From Octopus bimaculoides (lineage: Eukaryota), in assembly GCF_001194135.2 (NCBI RefSeq), contig NC_068984.1:73114347-73178346 (forward strand): a stretch of 64,000 nucleotides of DNA, written 5' to 3'. The translations under genes and the position numbers were made by a program. Shown here piece by piece: positions 13,035-26,148 of this stretch (positions are counted from its first letter, which is position 1; each line of letters starts with the position of its first letter). The notes beneath the pieces are model-generated. The model was not told where the DNA came from, ran no database searches, and saw nothing but the letters and a program-made list of their open reading frames with translations.

Positions 13035-13654
13035 ATGACCAAGAAAACCCTTAAACAGAGATGGAACGGGTGGACCAGAACTATACAGACCCTGAAAATA
13101 ATGATCAGGTTAAAAAGATTATCGGGCATACGGTGGGTGCGAGTACCAATACCACACCCAAGGGTCATATATTTAAGTTTAATAACAAGATATACGCCCC
13201 AGTGGAAGGTGCAGCCATCGGTACCAGAATTGCTGGCGATGTGGCTAACCTATTTATGGTATGGTGCGGTAGGAGACTTAAAGAGAAATTAGCAGAGAAT
13301 TCCATAAACCTAACCACGTACTCCCGCTACGTAGATGATATCAACATAGTAGCCAGAGCATCCCTACAAGACAATGTTGATGATCTAGAAGCTACCATTA
13401 TGGAGAGCATACAGCAAGTAACTAACTCCCTCCACCAGAGTATAGAAATAAAGGTAGACTACCCCAGTAAGCACCATAACTATAGATTACCTGTTTTAGA
13501 CTCTGAACTCTGGCTAGAAACGAAGAAGACAAAAGTCCACATCCTTCACTCACGTTATGTTAAACCCATGGCCTCTACGTACCTTGTTCACAAGAAGGCA
13601 CCGATTGCGGACAACGCCAAGTTCAACATTCTGATAGCTGACTTGGTGAGAGTA
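13035..13654 (+). mobile_element. Penelope-like element reverse transcriptase fragment
   Basis: Translation includes HIFKFNNKIYAPVEGAAIGTRIAGDVANLFM, YSRYVDDINIV, IEIKVDYPSKHHNYRLPVLDSELW and YVKPMASTYLVH, i.e. PLE RT motifs 4-7 plus the thumb. It ends at a microsatellite and gap. Confidence 0.88.
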
Positions 13655-14095
13655 AAGAAGAATGCATATACATACATACATACAAATATNNNNNNNNNNN
13701 NNNNNNNNNNNNNNNNNNNNNNNNNNNNNNNNNNNNNNNNNNNNNNNNNNNNNNNNNNNNNNNNNNNNNNNNNNNNNNNNNNNNNNNNNNNNNNNNNNNN
13801 NNNNNNNNNNNNNNNNNNNNNNNNNNNNNNNNNNNNNNNNNNNNNNNNNNNNNNNNNNNNNNNNNNNNNNNNNNNNNNNNNNNNNNNNNNNNNNNNNNNN
13901 NNNNNNNNNNNNNNNNNNNNNNNNNNNNNNNNNNNNNNNNNNNNNNNNNNNNNNNNNNNNNNNNNNNNNNNNNNNNNNNNNNNNNNNNNNNNNNNNNNNN
14001 NNNNNNNNNNNNNNTATATATATATATATATGTACACATTCATCAATCCGTTTTGCTAGATTCCTGTGTTGAAATCGTGTGTTGAAACAGATATT

Positions 14096-14515
14096 GTTGT
14101 ATTTCGGGACGGTCATTTTTTTTTTGTTTATTTGGTTTTTGCCAAATAAACACACGCGCTATATTTCTTTTCTTCACTCGTTCATTACTGTTCTTATTTT
14201 ATTAATTTAACGCATGTCCGGAAATCTTTCGTCACACATTTGTGATCTCTTCAACAACAATTTTCGTTTTCTTGTGTGTTCTTGCTCCATTTACTCCATT
14301 TTGTTCTTCTAAGATGTGTATCCTCATGTGCGCATGTGTCTGTGACCTTGTTTGTGTGTGCGTGTGTATGTGTGTATGTGTGTATGCGTGTGTGTGTATG
14401 TGTGTATGCGTGTGTGTGTATGTGTGTATGCGTGTGTGTGTGTATGTGTGTATGCGTGTGTGTGTATGTTTGTGACATAGTTTTAGCAGCTGTGTGGCCA
14501 TCCCTTCAGTCCCAT
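14096..14515. repeat. Right copy of the direct repeat (partner at 12587-12925)
   Basis: Same shared blocks as the left copy, with an expanded internal (TG/TATG)n tract. Confidence 0.85.
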
Positions 14516-15705
14516 GTAAAGGACATCACCAACGGTGCAAATAACACGAAAAACGTAAAGAACGAGAAAAAAGGGAAAACAGGACAAGTAAATAGAGAGA
14601 AAGGACCGTTCATCAATTGTCGGCTGTCTGTCTACTCCTCATTTCGAGCATTCAACAACATGACTCTTCAAAGACAGTTGCTCTCATAAGTTCTAAAATA
14701 AAATTTAGGATTTATGGAGGGTCAAAGTTGGGAACAAAAACATGACAGTGGAGACATACAAGGAAACCGACCAGAACGAGACCAGAACGAGAGAAAAATA
14801 GTGAACGCTATGATAAAAAATGTTTGAAAAGAGAAAAGATAGGAGAGAGGGAGAAATATATATATATAAAGAGAAACAGATAGATAGAGAGAGAGAGAAA
14901 CAGATAGACAGACAGACATGCATATATACATATATGCAGGCAGACTGACAGACAGATATGCAAATACGGTTTGATGGATGAACGGACGGCAGTGTGTAAT
15001 TTGTGAACGTGGTGATAAAATTGCTAAATACTAAGAAGAATCAACGACAGTGATTTACTCTCTTTGTACACGGATAAAATAACACATAAAGCAATATGAA
15101 TGTGCATGCAAGTGTGTTGCTCGTTTTGTATTTCAATTCTGTTCTCATCATCTTTGTCTGCAAGTATCTGTGTCATGGTTTATTGTAAAAATGATGCCCG
15201 AACTTTGAAGCTAACGTTTATAGTAATTATCCACGTTAATCCAAACTATCTTACCCTCTATCTTCGTTATCTGCCATTATATGGTCCGGTTAATAAGGCA
15301 TGACTTATGTGATCACTTGACATGCTAGAAGCAACATAGAAATTACGTTCTTACATAGTGAAAAGGAATTTGACTTCACTGAATCATTCAAACTGCTTGA
15401 AACAGTAATAAAAGCTTCCTTCCGTCTCATCATTTCAGCATATCATTACAAGATATAATCGCATTCGGGAAAAAAAGGGGGATGATTTACAACTTGGATA
15501 ATTACTGAAATTTGTGACTAGACATCTGCAGTAATTATAGAGATGTCACGTATGCATGTAATGTCACATCATGTGTGTGTGAGAGTGTGTGTGCGTGTGT
15601 ATGTATGTGTCTGTGTGTGCGCGTGTCTGCGCGCGCGCGCGTCCGAATTTGGGTTTCCTATGATCCAGACTATGATCTACTTTTCGTGAATTGATGAATA
15701 CGATA

Positions 15706-15855
15706 AGCGCAGGCATGGTTGTGTGGTAAGAATCTTTCCTCCCAACTATATGGTTCAGTCATTCTGCGTGACAAGTGTCTTCTACTATAGCCCTGGGCCT
15801 ACCACAAACTTATGAGTGAATTTGGTAGGCGAAAACAGAAAAAGCCCACTGTTTA
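15706..15855 (+). mobile_element. 5' half of the CORE-like SINE (degraded)
   Basis: AGCGCAGGCATGGTTGTGTGGTAAG...CAAGTGTCTTCTACTATAGCCC...GAGTGAATTTGGTAG matches the reverse complement of 12010-12190. Confidence 0.85.
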
Positions 15856-15856
15856 T

Positions 15857-15912
<56 letters not shown>

Positions 15913-15930
15913 CATATATATATAAATATA

Positions 15931-15965
<35 letters not shown>

Positions 15966-16215
15966 ATGTAAGTAGGTAGGTAGGTTGGTAGGTAGGTAGG
16001 TAGGTAGGTAGGTAGGTAGGTATTATACAGAATGAGATAACAAAGCCAAGTTTATGAGGAGTTTTCAGGACATTTATAATGAAATAGTCTTACAGCTGTT
16101 CCTGAGATATTTTGGATATCCCTTCATTAGAGACATTATGAGAAAATATTTGAGTTCTAATTATTGGGGAAAAGGAGGAGTTAATGAATATAGGGAGAAA
16201 TAAGAGAATAAAAGT

Positions 16216-16596
16216 AGAAATAAGATATATAAAGATATTGCATTTGCAGTTCTATTATTCGAGAAGAATGGTGTATAGAAGTGGTAAAAGAGCTTCCTGT
16301 ACATGGTATGTAAGTTCCAATTGCAGTTCATGTTTAGTCCTTTGAAAGTATGGAGCCGTGGAGTCAGTGTTGCTCGTTCGAAAGGGTTTTGTGGTGTGAA
16401 TGAAAATTTGAGAATGTATTGGTAATATTTGTGGATAGATGGGTGGGAAGGGGAGATGTGTATGATTAGAAAGAGGAGATAGGTCAAATTTGAAACAAGA
16501 AGAGAAAATGATAAGAAAGAGAGAAAAAATAAAAGTATATGAATATATATATATATACACATATATATGTGTGTGTGCGTGTGTATGTATGTGTTC

Positions 16597-16661
<65 letters not shown>

Positions 16662-17363
16662 TATATGCAAATATATATGAATAAGTGAGTGCTTGTGAGT
16701 GCATGCGTACGTATGCCATTATACCTTCTTTCCTCCTCTCTGATTCCTACTTTCACTAGCCTCTCATATACGTATATATATATATATAGTAATTTGACAT
16801 CCTTGTGTTCTTCCCTCCACTTCAAATGTTACTACCAAAACTACTACTCATATGCAGCTCGTCATATCACCCCTACTCACATATCTCACATTCTTTTACT
16901 CCTTACCTTCTCATCTCTTCCTATCCCTCCCCCAATCACGTTATCTTGACCACCAACTAACACTCCTTTCCTCATTTCTTTCACCTTTTCTTTACTTTTT
17001 TTCACTCTTTTCACTTTTTGTTTTTCGTTTTTTCCTTTTTTCTTTTTCCTTTTTTCTCTCTTTCTTCCCCTCATTTTCTCTTCTTGTTTCAAATTTGATC
17101 TATCTCCTCTTTCTAATCATACACATCTCTCTTCCCCCATCTTTACACAAATACTACCAATACATTTTCAAATTTTCATTCACACCACAAAACCCTTTCG
17201 AATGAGCAACGCTGATTCCACAGCCCCATACTTTGAAAGGACTAAACATGGACTGCTTTTGGAACGTACATACCATGCACAGGAAGCTCTTTTACCACTT
17301 CTATACACCATTTTTCTCCAATAATAGAACTGCAAATACAATATCCTTATATATCTTATTTCT
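16216..17363. repeat. Inverted repeat with ~310-bp arms (16216-16529 and 17051-17363), probably the decayed 3' part of a PLE
   Basis: The arms are reverse complements with scattered mismatches, and the ORF track shows near-identical translations on opposite strands ([17 protein letters not shown]; [19 protein letters not shown]). Plus-strand 16780-16850 reads IYSNLTSLCSSLHF, weakly like the PLE thumb motif IYRKPT...YLHF. Confidence 0.85.
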
Positions 17364-18865
17364 GAACCACAGAGGGATGTTTTTCTCTTTTTACCAGTCC
17401 GAAAGGCAAGTGATACATATATATATATATATATCAGGACTATGTGTGTGCTTGAGGAAAGAAGTTGGATACTGCTATATGTGAGACAATAATAAGAGAA
17501 TTATTGTTATGAAATAGCATGTGTATTCAAAATTACAAACGTAGGTAAACAGAATTTTCCAAACTATGCTTTCATAAGTTTTAATCCGCGTTACTCGCAG
17601 TACAATTCTTCTCTTTAACCAAGAACTTTATTGCCATCCTACTATCAAGTTCGGGATTGATTGCAAATCATTGGCTCGTTGTAACATTGATATTTTGTTA
17701 AAAATTATTTTCTTGAATTTTACAAATCACTTAAAAACTTACGGAATATTGACAATCTCATACACCCATAACAAAAGAGATTATTCTTGATCTCCGTGAG
17801 GAAATTGTTTGCCACCATGTAGCATTAGGCTGCTATTGATTCTATTGTCGGTCAGCAGCAGCCTCACCCAATAGCAGTCATCAATAATTAATAGTCAAAT
17901 TTCATTGATCCCACCACGTGATCTAAAGAAAATATGAAGAATGAGCATTTCTTATTCTTCCATGATAAAGTTCTATTTTGAAACTCTCTGTGTGTTTGTG
18001 TGTGTTTGTGTGTGTGCGTGCGTGTGTGCGCGTGCGTGTGTGTGTGCGTGCGTGTGTGTGCGTGCGTGTGTGTGCGTGAGTTGCAATAATGAGATCAATC
18101 CTAAAAATGATATTTTGAAATCATTTCACACGTACGTTTCAGGTTTCTATAATATATAAGAGGATAACAGGAAATGCATCTGTGANNNNNNNNNNNNNNN
18201 NNNNNNNNNNNNNNNNNNNNNNNNNNNNNNNNNNNNNNNNNNNNNNNNNNNNNNNNNNNNNNNNNNNNNNNNNNNNNNNNNNNNNNNNNNNNNNNNNNNN
18301 NNNNNNNNNNNNNNNNNNNNNNNNNNNNNNNNNNNNNNNNNNNNNNNNNNNNNNNNNNNNNNNNNNNNNNNNNNNNNNNNNNNNNNNNNNNNNNNNNNNN
18401 NNNNNNNNNNNNNNNNNNNNNNNNNNNNNNNNNNNNNNNNNNNNNNNNNNNNNNNNNNNNNNNNNNNNNNNNNNNNNNNNATATATATATATATATATAT
18501 ATACATATATGGGATCTTTCTGATTTGACGGGCAACACTTTTCATTTATGTTTTATGTAGTGATTTTGGTACCGAAACACTTTCAAACTTCGTATACTTG
18601 TATATTTTGTGTTATAGAACAGATAAAAAATTTTGTGTATCGATGTTATTACATGTAAAAATAACTGTCGTATTTCAGTAATTTCAACCAATCAATGACG
18701 TCTATTGAGGTGAAAACAATTACTGCCGTGGAATGTAAACAACATGTTGTGAAGGTGTCATGGGATCTTTTCCCTTGCATAAAATTAGTACTGTAGTTTG
18801 TCAACAACAACTATCCGTGGTACTGTTATTTATGACATCGTCCGTGCATTTGTACTGGTTTTAGC

Positions 18866-19074
18866 TTTAGGGCTTTAGGGTTAGGGTTCGGGTTTTAGAG
18901 TTAGGGTTAGTTTTAGGGTTACGGTTAGGGTTATGATTATTTTTGCCATAACCTCACTCATAACCCTAACCCTAACCCTAAAACCCTATAACTCATAAAC
19001 ATAATCCTAACCCTAACCCCAACCCTAACCCTAAAACCCTAACCCTAACTCTAAAACCTGAACCCTAAACCCTT
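18866..19074. repeat. Degenerate interstitial telomeric repeats: (TTAGGG)n followed by (CCCTAA)n
   Basis: G-rich units at 18866-18934, a short spacer, then C-rich units at about 18947-19074 running into a gap. Confidence 0.9.
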
Positions 19075-19439
19075 NNNNNNNNNNNNNNNNNNNNNNNNNN
19101 NNNNNNNNNNNNNNNNNNNNNNNNNNNNNNNNNNNNNNNNNNNNNNNNNNNNNNNNNNNNNNNNNNNNNNNNNNNNNNNNNNNNNNNNNNNNNNNNNNNN
19201 NNNNNNNNNNNNNNNNNNNNNNNNNNNNNNNNNNNNNNNNNNNNNNNNNNNNNNNNNNNNNNNNNNNNNNNNNNNNNNNNNNNNNNNNNNNNNNNNNNNN
19301 NNNNNNNNNNNNNNNNNNNNNNNNNNNNNNNNNNNNNNNNNNNNNNNNNNNNNNNNNNNNNNNNNNNNNNNNNNNNNNNNNNNNNNNNNNNNNNNNNNNN
19401 NNNNNNNNNNNNNNNNNNNATATATATATACATAAATAA

Positions 19440-21850
19440 AGAGTTTTTGTGTTAGTTTAATTAAATTTTCAATCGAGGATGATAATCAAAGAACGTAAGG
19501 ATTTTAAGATGTGATACAGACAGATGAAAACGAAGATTTCTACATTTGAAAGAGATGTGTGGAGCAGATGTTAAAAATCTCTAGCTAAATAAGGCTACAG
19601 AATAACTTGAAGGTGACAGAAGGTTGTAGAATACTGATGCAAGTAAGAAGAATCGAACGCTAGGAATGAAATATATTTTAGAGTAAATATGATGTTGGTC
19701 TAATTGAAAATAAGTAAGATAATTCAAGCTGAATACGATATGAATTTATAACTGAAGGGGTAAATAATTCGCGTTGTTATTAGTGCCGGGTGTTCGAAAT
19801 TAATGTAGAAAGAAATAGATTATGAGATAAGGAATTAGACGAAATAGATAAGAATTATTGAAGCGAGAGGTAAATTTAATGAACGACAATAAAAGAAAAA
19901 TGAGCACGTAAAACGAAAGCCTTCAAAGGTAAAGTGACAATGAATATGTGTCAGTAAATTATCAATAACACTAGATGAAGAGTCGGCTTTGCTATGACAG
20001 GAAAGGGACTGTAATTATGGTTTAAGTAAGCAGAAGTTTTATAGTTTAGATGTAATGATGGAAATACATAGGCAATTCTGAGATGGATGTGTACGATAGT
20101 TTATTTTCAAGCAGTATAAAGTAGCATCTATGTGAACTGAGTAAAGCATATATTCGATTAATATTGAGAATTTCGTTAATAATAGTGGTTAAGGCTATAA
20201 AACAGGATTTGGGAGTAAAAAGGGTATAAAACATGTCAAAATAATCCAAAGGCCCATATAACAATATATCTTCCAAAATGAAATCGGAATGAAATGAGGT
20301 TTGGTAAAAAGTATGACGACAAAAACATCTAAAGAACTAGAATTACGATGGAATATGAAAGAAATAAAGAAATAAATTATTCTATGAGCGTGTTTGTTTG
20401 ATTGGTTGGTCGTACAATAGGAATCGGAATGGTGGTAAAAGAATTAGAATGCTAAGGGAATAAAACAAGTGCCTATGCTCTTCTCCGTCTACAATCTACA
20501 TTTGTATATATTAATTTTGCTTTCATGCAAATCCTTGCTCTCCTTTTTTTAGCGCTAGGTCAGCTAACCTAACTCATCTTTGATATTTATTCCAACCTTC
20601 ACACAGCTTATAATTTTTTTATTTACATTTCCTATATATATTTCTTTTTACTAACTTACTTGCAACTTTTAAACTACCATTTTAATCTACGTCACACATC
20701 AGGCCATCCGTTTTAGTATAATGTATTCCTACTTTTGTCATACCTCATTGCCATTTCAGACATTTATATAATTCAACAGGTTTCATTTTTAATCTCATCT
20801 CATTTTGATAAGTTTCTTTTAGTTATATCCCATTGTAATTTCAGTGATCTAGATAATTACAACTAGTTTTATATTTTTTTCGATTCAATCACCTTTATTA
20901 TTAATGGGATTTTTAATATCAGCCCGCAAGAGCATTTTAAACACCTTTTTGTTTGTTTCATTTCTTTTCTTTTTCGCTCTGAACGCATCTTATCTTATAA
21001 CCATAACCATTTAATATTAATGTAATTCTCAATATTAATCTAAAATATATAATCTGTTTCATTCCTATACTCGTTGCTTAACTCTACCCAAAAATATGGC
21101 ATATATCGCAGAAATTCATCTCAGAATTACTGGCATATTTAAGACATCACATCTGAACTCTAATAACTCTAATAACACTTAAACTCAAATTAAAAGTACC
21201 CATTTTTATCAGAAACTCTTCCACCATTCATCTAGTGTTATTGAGTCTTTATCGTCACCATAAATATGAAATTTATCATTTACGCATTTTTCTCATAAAT
21301 CTCTCTGTCATATGTATTCATAATTCTTTTCCATATCGTTGTCCATTTCATTGGCAATATGCATACTGGCTCAGCATATCATGGATTATTTTCGGTCTCA
21401 CTAATTTGTCAAAGCCCGGCTTTATTAAAGTATCCAACTCCTGTCATGCATAACATATTGTACTTTAATTTCAATTGAATCTACCTTGTTCTCTCTTTTT
21501 TCTTTCCATTTTCATCTTTACTTTTCACATCAAGTTGAACGATGATTTCGAAGTTTTTTATATCTTACCTCTTTTGTCGTATTCTAGTCTCTGTTAGAAT
21601 GCTCAGGTACCAATTAAATATATATTCAACTCTTTATTTTCCACCCTTCAATATTTCTTATTTTCGTGCCCCATCTTTCTTAAATTTCTTCCTGAGCCTT
21701 ATTCATATATCATTTTATAACATCTGCTCTTTCCGTTGTGATTTCTCAACAACTTTATTTCTCGTTTTCTTTCCTTAATCATAACCATCATAAAAGTCAG
21801 TAACTTTTCTTTAAAATACTCCAATTATGCTATTTGTAAGAATCTTCTCT
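19440..21850. mobile_element. Two highly decayed homologous retroelement copies in opposite orientation (about 19440-20470 minus, about 20480-21850 plus), possibly PLE RT
   Basis: Shared anchors AATTCTCAATATTAATC, CATCTCAGAATT and CATCTAGTGTTATTGA occur in the same order on opposite strands. Residual PLE-like peptides include HCHFTFEGFRF, IMDYF, SFLYLT and FYNICS. Confidence 0.5.
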
Positions 21851-22315
21851 ATTAAACCCTCTTTCCAACTGTAAAGAGCACGAAGTGACAACTTCTGCAT
21901 ACATTAAGGCCTTTCTCGCTGTTACCAAGTAAACTTATAGAGAAAATGTGACGCCATCGTTGTTATAGTGGTGATATAAAATGTTGTTTCCGATAGGTGA
22001 CTAAAAGAAAAATGATAATGTTAATTTTTTGTAATGCAAATGGGCAAATTAAAATATAGTTTAGTTGGTAGCCAAAAAGTTACTGAATCTTTTGATACCC
22101 CTTACGTCAAAACCGGCAACGCGGTTTTGGAATGTATGGGAACATACGCGTGCACACACACACATACAAGCTCTCTTTTATAGTTATAGATATATATGTA
22201 TGTATCCATCTGTGTATACGAGCGTGTATGGGTATGTGTGTGCATGTGCGTGTGTGTGTGTGTTTGTGTGTGTGCATGTGTGTGTTTATGTGTGTGCGTG
22301 TGTGTGCGTGTTTGT

Positions 22316-22460
22316 GGAATCACGTGGTCCAGTATTTAGGGTGTTGCATCCACAATAGCAAGATCGTAGTTTCGATTCCTAGACCGGCGGTGCCTTGTGT
22401 TCTTGAGCAAGTCATTTCGTTTGACGTTGTCGCAGCCCACCGTGCTGTTCATATTGTTGT
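22316..22460 (+). mobile_element. tRNA-derived SINE head, same family as 59895-60148
   Basis: CGTGGTCCAGTATTTAGGGTG...GTTTCGATTCCTAGACCGG...GTGTTCTTGAGCAAG. Confidence 0.75.
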
Positions 22461-23454
22461 GCTTACCTAGTGAGAGGGCTGGCATCATTGGAAAATTACA
22501 ACAATAAGAAGAAGCGCATTGTGACCAGTGGTGTATTGCAACATCCGATAATCTGATCGATACAGTTACATAGTAATACATAAATGTATATGCCTGTTTG
22601 TGTGTGTGTGGTTGTATATATGTGTATGTATGTATGTATGTATGCATGTATGCATATTTATATACATATATGTTCATACATGTATGTTGTGTGCATTTGC
22701 ATTTGTAGCATACTGTATCAAATACACAAACACACACACACACACACACTACTATCCCTATCTATAGTTAATTCAGCATATGCGTTTTTTTCATGAGATC
22801 AACTTCACTTCAAAGGTAGTTAGATATATATCCAAAACTGGTTTTATTTATTTTCCCATAAATTGCTAATTTTTCAGACGGGATAGTAGTGGACGGGGAA
22901 ATGATAACAGTGAATATATATAATGTAATCTTCTTATTGTAGATAGAGATATTTGTAGCACAAATCTTGATAAATGTATTCGCTGAATTGTTGTAACATC
23001 TGTTGATGCAGATTTTTTGTGTTGATCAGTTGCGTTTCTTTTACTTATCCATTGTTCTGTACTCAACAAGCAGCGCTATCTTACATGAATTCCAACCTCG
23101 ACTACCTCAAAATTTGTTCAGATTTATTAGGTCGAGAAGAGAATTATCCAGTGTTATTTCCTTTTTCTAAAGACAGGATGGTGTTAGTTCAACGATATTT
23201 TGCTGGCTGGCATTTCTATGAAACCGAGTGTTCTCCTACAGGCTTATCTTACTGTTTCCTTTAAAGAATAGTTTCCGTCATGTAAATGAGATGTTACAGT
23301 TGTATAAGAACTAGAAATTTACTGATTATTTCTTCCAGTGCGTAATTAATATTTTTATTGATTATCGTGCATTTCAGCTATAATTACCTTTGAAATACCA
23401 GTTGTATGCCTTGTGGTCACTCGTCTGATAGAAATAACAACCAAATTTTACCTC

Positions 23455-23890
23455 GAATTAGATATCTATGAACTAGAAGCTAGTACCATGGAAAGCATCC
23501 AGCAAATAGCTAATTCCATCAACCAAACTATTAAGGTAACAGTAGATTATTCTGCTAAGCACATCAACTACATATTACCTGTTTTAGGCACTGAGCTTTA
23601 GCTGGAAACTAAGAATAACAAGGTTCATATCTGCCATTTGCACTACGCCAAATCCATGGCCTTCATATATCTGATCCACTGGAACTCAGTAATCGCGGAT
23701 AATACCAAATTCAATATCCTAATAGAGCACTTGTCCGGCATGTGCGACCCAACGGAATTAGAGAAACACATCCACTGCATGCAGTTCTCTGGCTACAGTC
23801 AAAGAAATAGGATCGGGGTGTACAAAAGAGTCACGGTAAAATTTAAAACCGTCATAGAGAATGACGCAAATGGGACTTGTCTGTTATAGA
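23455..23890 (+). mobile_element. Second, more decayed fragment of the same PLE RT lineage as 13035-13654
   Basis: ELEASTMESIQQIANSINQTIKVTVDYSAKHINYILPVLGTEL*LETKNNKVHI...IADNTKFNILI aligns directly with the 13 kb copy and extends further toward the C-terminus. Confidence 0.88.
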
Positions 23891-25144
23891 GGAAATTGCT
23901 CGTTCGATTCCACTGTAAGTATTTAGTAATTATTACAAGCAAGATAATTTTATTTACATCATGAGACTGTTCAAAGGTTTACAGCTGATGATAGCTTTTG
24001 TCCGAAAATAAACATTTTTTGTTTAAGTATATATATGTAGAGAGAGAATGTATGCCCGTTGATCCTCATACAGCGTTCAAAGAACTGACCGTCTGAAGAG
24101 ATATTTCTGCTTAAAATGTTTAAATTAGGTTTTGTTCTCAGACATTTTTCAAAGTAGTATTGACAAAGCATAAACTTTTTCTTTGTTCCACCTAATGACA
24201 TGGATTCTTTAGAAGTTAGCAAATTTCTTCTGTGAAGCTGTTTCCTATTCCTTGTTCAGTATAGCGTAGATTCGAACGTCGTCAGCTGTAAATGTCTGGT
24301 TTCTGTTGTCTTCTGACCCACCTAATCGTTCAACGGGGATTGAGAATTATATTCGCATGCCATTATGATTAAGTCAAGCAGTGAAATTAATTGTCCTTGC
24401 TAGATATTTAATTCAAGGCACACAAGGAAGAGAAATAAACGATATGATGGGTTTTGCAGGAAGGATTTATGAAGTAAGAGCCGAAAGCTTAGAGAATTTA
24501 GCCGAGCGAGAAACGGGTTTAGAAAGACTATTTAGATAAGTATCACCGATATATTACACTGCATACTCGTTCCCATTAAAAGCCATGATGTATAAAGGCT
24601 TTAGAAACTGCAGAACTACAGAGAAAATTCAGGTATTTCAAGCTGTATTAGACATATGCTGTTTGGAAGCTGATAAAAACTGAAATAATTAACTGTTATT
24701 GCGCATCGACGTAGATAGTGTTTTCTTTATTCCTCTCTGTTGAGCATGAACGTGTACAATAAATAATGAGCCCCTGGTGGGTGAGCACCACATATGAGAA
24801 CACTTTGAGAGGAAGACATACAGATACGCACACACAAATATAGCGTTATGTATGTGTGTGTGTGTGTGTGTGTGTATGCGCGCGTGCGTGCATGTATGCT
24901 TACGTTTGTGCCTGCGTCAGCTTTTATTACTCTTATTGCTTTATATCCACAAAGTTCTATCATCTATTTGAAAATTTACCGAGACACACGTGGACACAGA
25001 TATATATATATATACACGCACAAATATATGAAATACATACGTACATAATTCAATTAACGTAATTAAATTAACATAAATGTATATATTGCACAGAGTTAGG
25101 AAAATAAGAATGTATAATATTAAATGAAAGCTGCACACACACGC

Positions 25145-25250
<106 letters not shown>

Positions 25251-26148
25251 GCTAATCCCTGTATATCTATGATGATAAATGGTTTTACCGATAAAGGTTT
25301 TTTCATACTGAACTACTTGGCAAAATTGTTAATTATTAATTCTATTATTAATTGACGATTCCCTGCCCTTATTCTTGTATATTTTATATATATGTATATA
25401 TATATAATACATACACACATGCATAAATATTAATTCATGTATACATATATGAATGCATAGTGATAATGAGATACAAAGGCATTGAAAGTAATAGGTAAAT
25501 ATTAAAAGTAAGAATATCTTGCATGTGTATATTTTCTTGGGAAAAATTAACGCTATTCAAATATCAAGAGAGACATATTGAAAACAAAGAAGAGAAAAAT
25601 ACACGGAGAGAGAGAGAGAGAGAGATGGGGTAAAGAGAGATGTTATAGTGTGGATGAGACTGAGAAAATAATGAAACAAGAGCCGATGAGAGTGCAAAAA
25701 AAAAACTGTAAAAGATAGGAAGGGAGAGAAAGCAACGAGATATAATATGAAGAAAACTTTTGGGTGAATGAATGAAAGGAAAATAAAGTAAGGTTGTGTA
25801 TGAGTAAGATACTGAGAAACGAATAGCGCGAGAAAGATAAAGAAAAAGACGTGAAACTACAAATAGTGATTAAGAGAATGTTGAGAGAGTGATGGAGACT
25901 GCTACACGTAAATTACACAAGTTGGAGATACAAGTAGAGGACTGGAAAAAGATAGAAGACAAAAACAAACAAAAAAGGACGCTTTTATGAGAATGTAGTA
26001 ATTATATTTTCAAGAAGCCTTCGACCGTTTATAAGAAATACATCATAGGTTATTGTTTAGAGACATGGTGTTGGTTAAATTTCACAAATACGAGCGCTGT
26101 AAGTAGACAAAATTAGTATACCGGCAGAGGCAATACTTCACTGTATTT

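Noticed and set aside
15439-15508. Short acceptor-preceded frame ISLQDIIAFGKKRGMIYNLDNY*
   Set aside because: It has a single weak splice signal, and the GKKR arises from an A7G5 run, so chance is likely.
23050-23260. Minus-strand KPVGEH motif suggestive of a GIY-YIG C-terminus
   Set aside because: It is one short motif amid many stops, with no other endonuclease motifs recovered.
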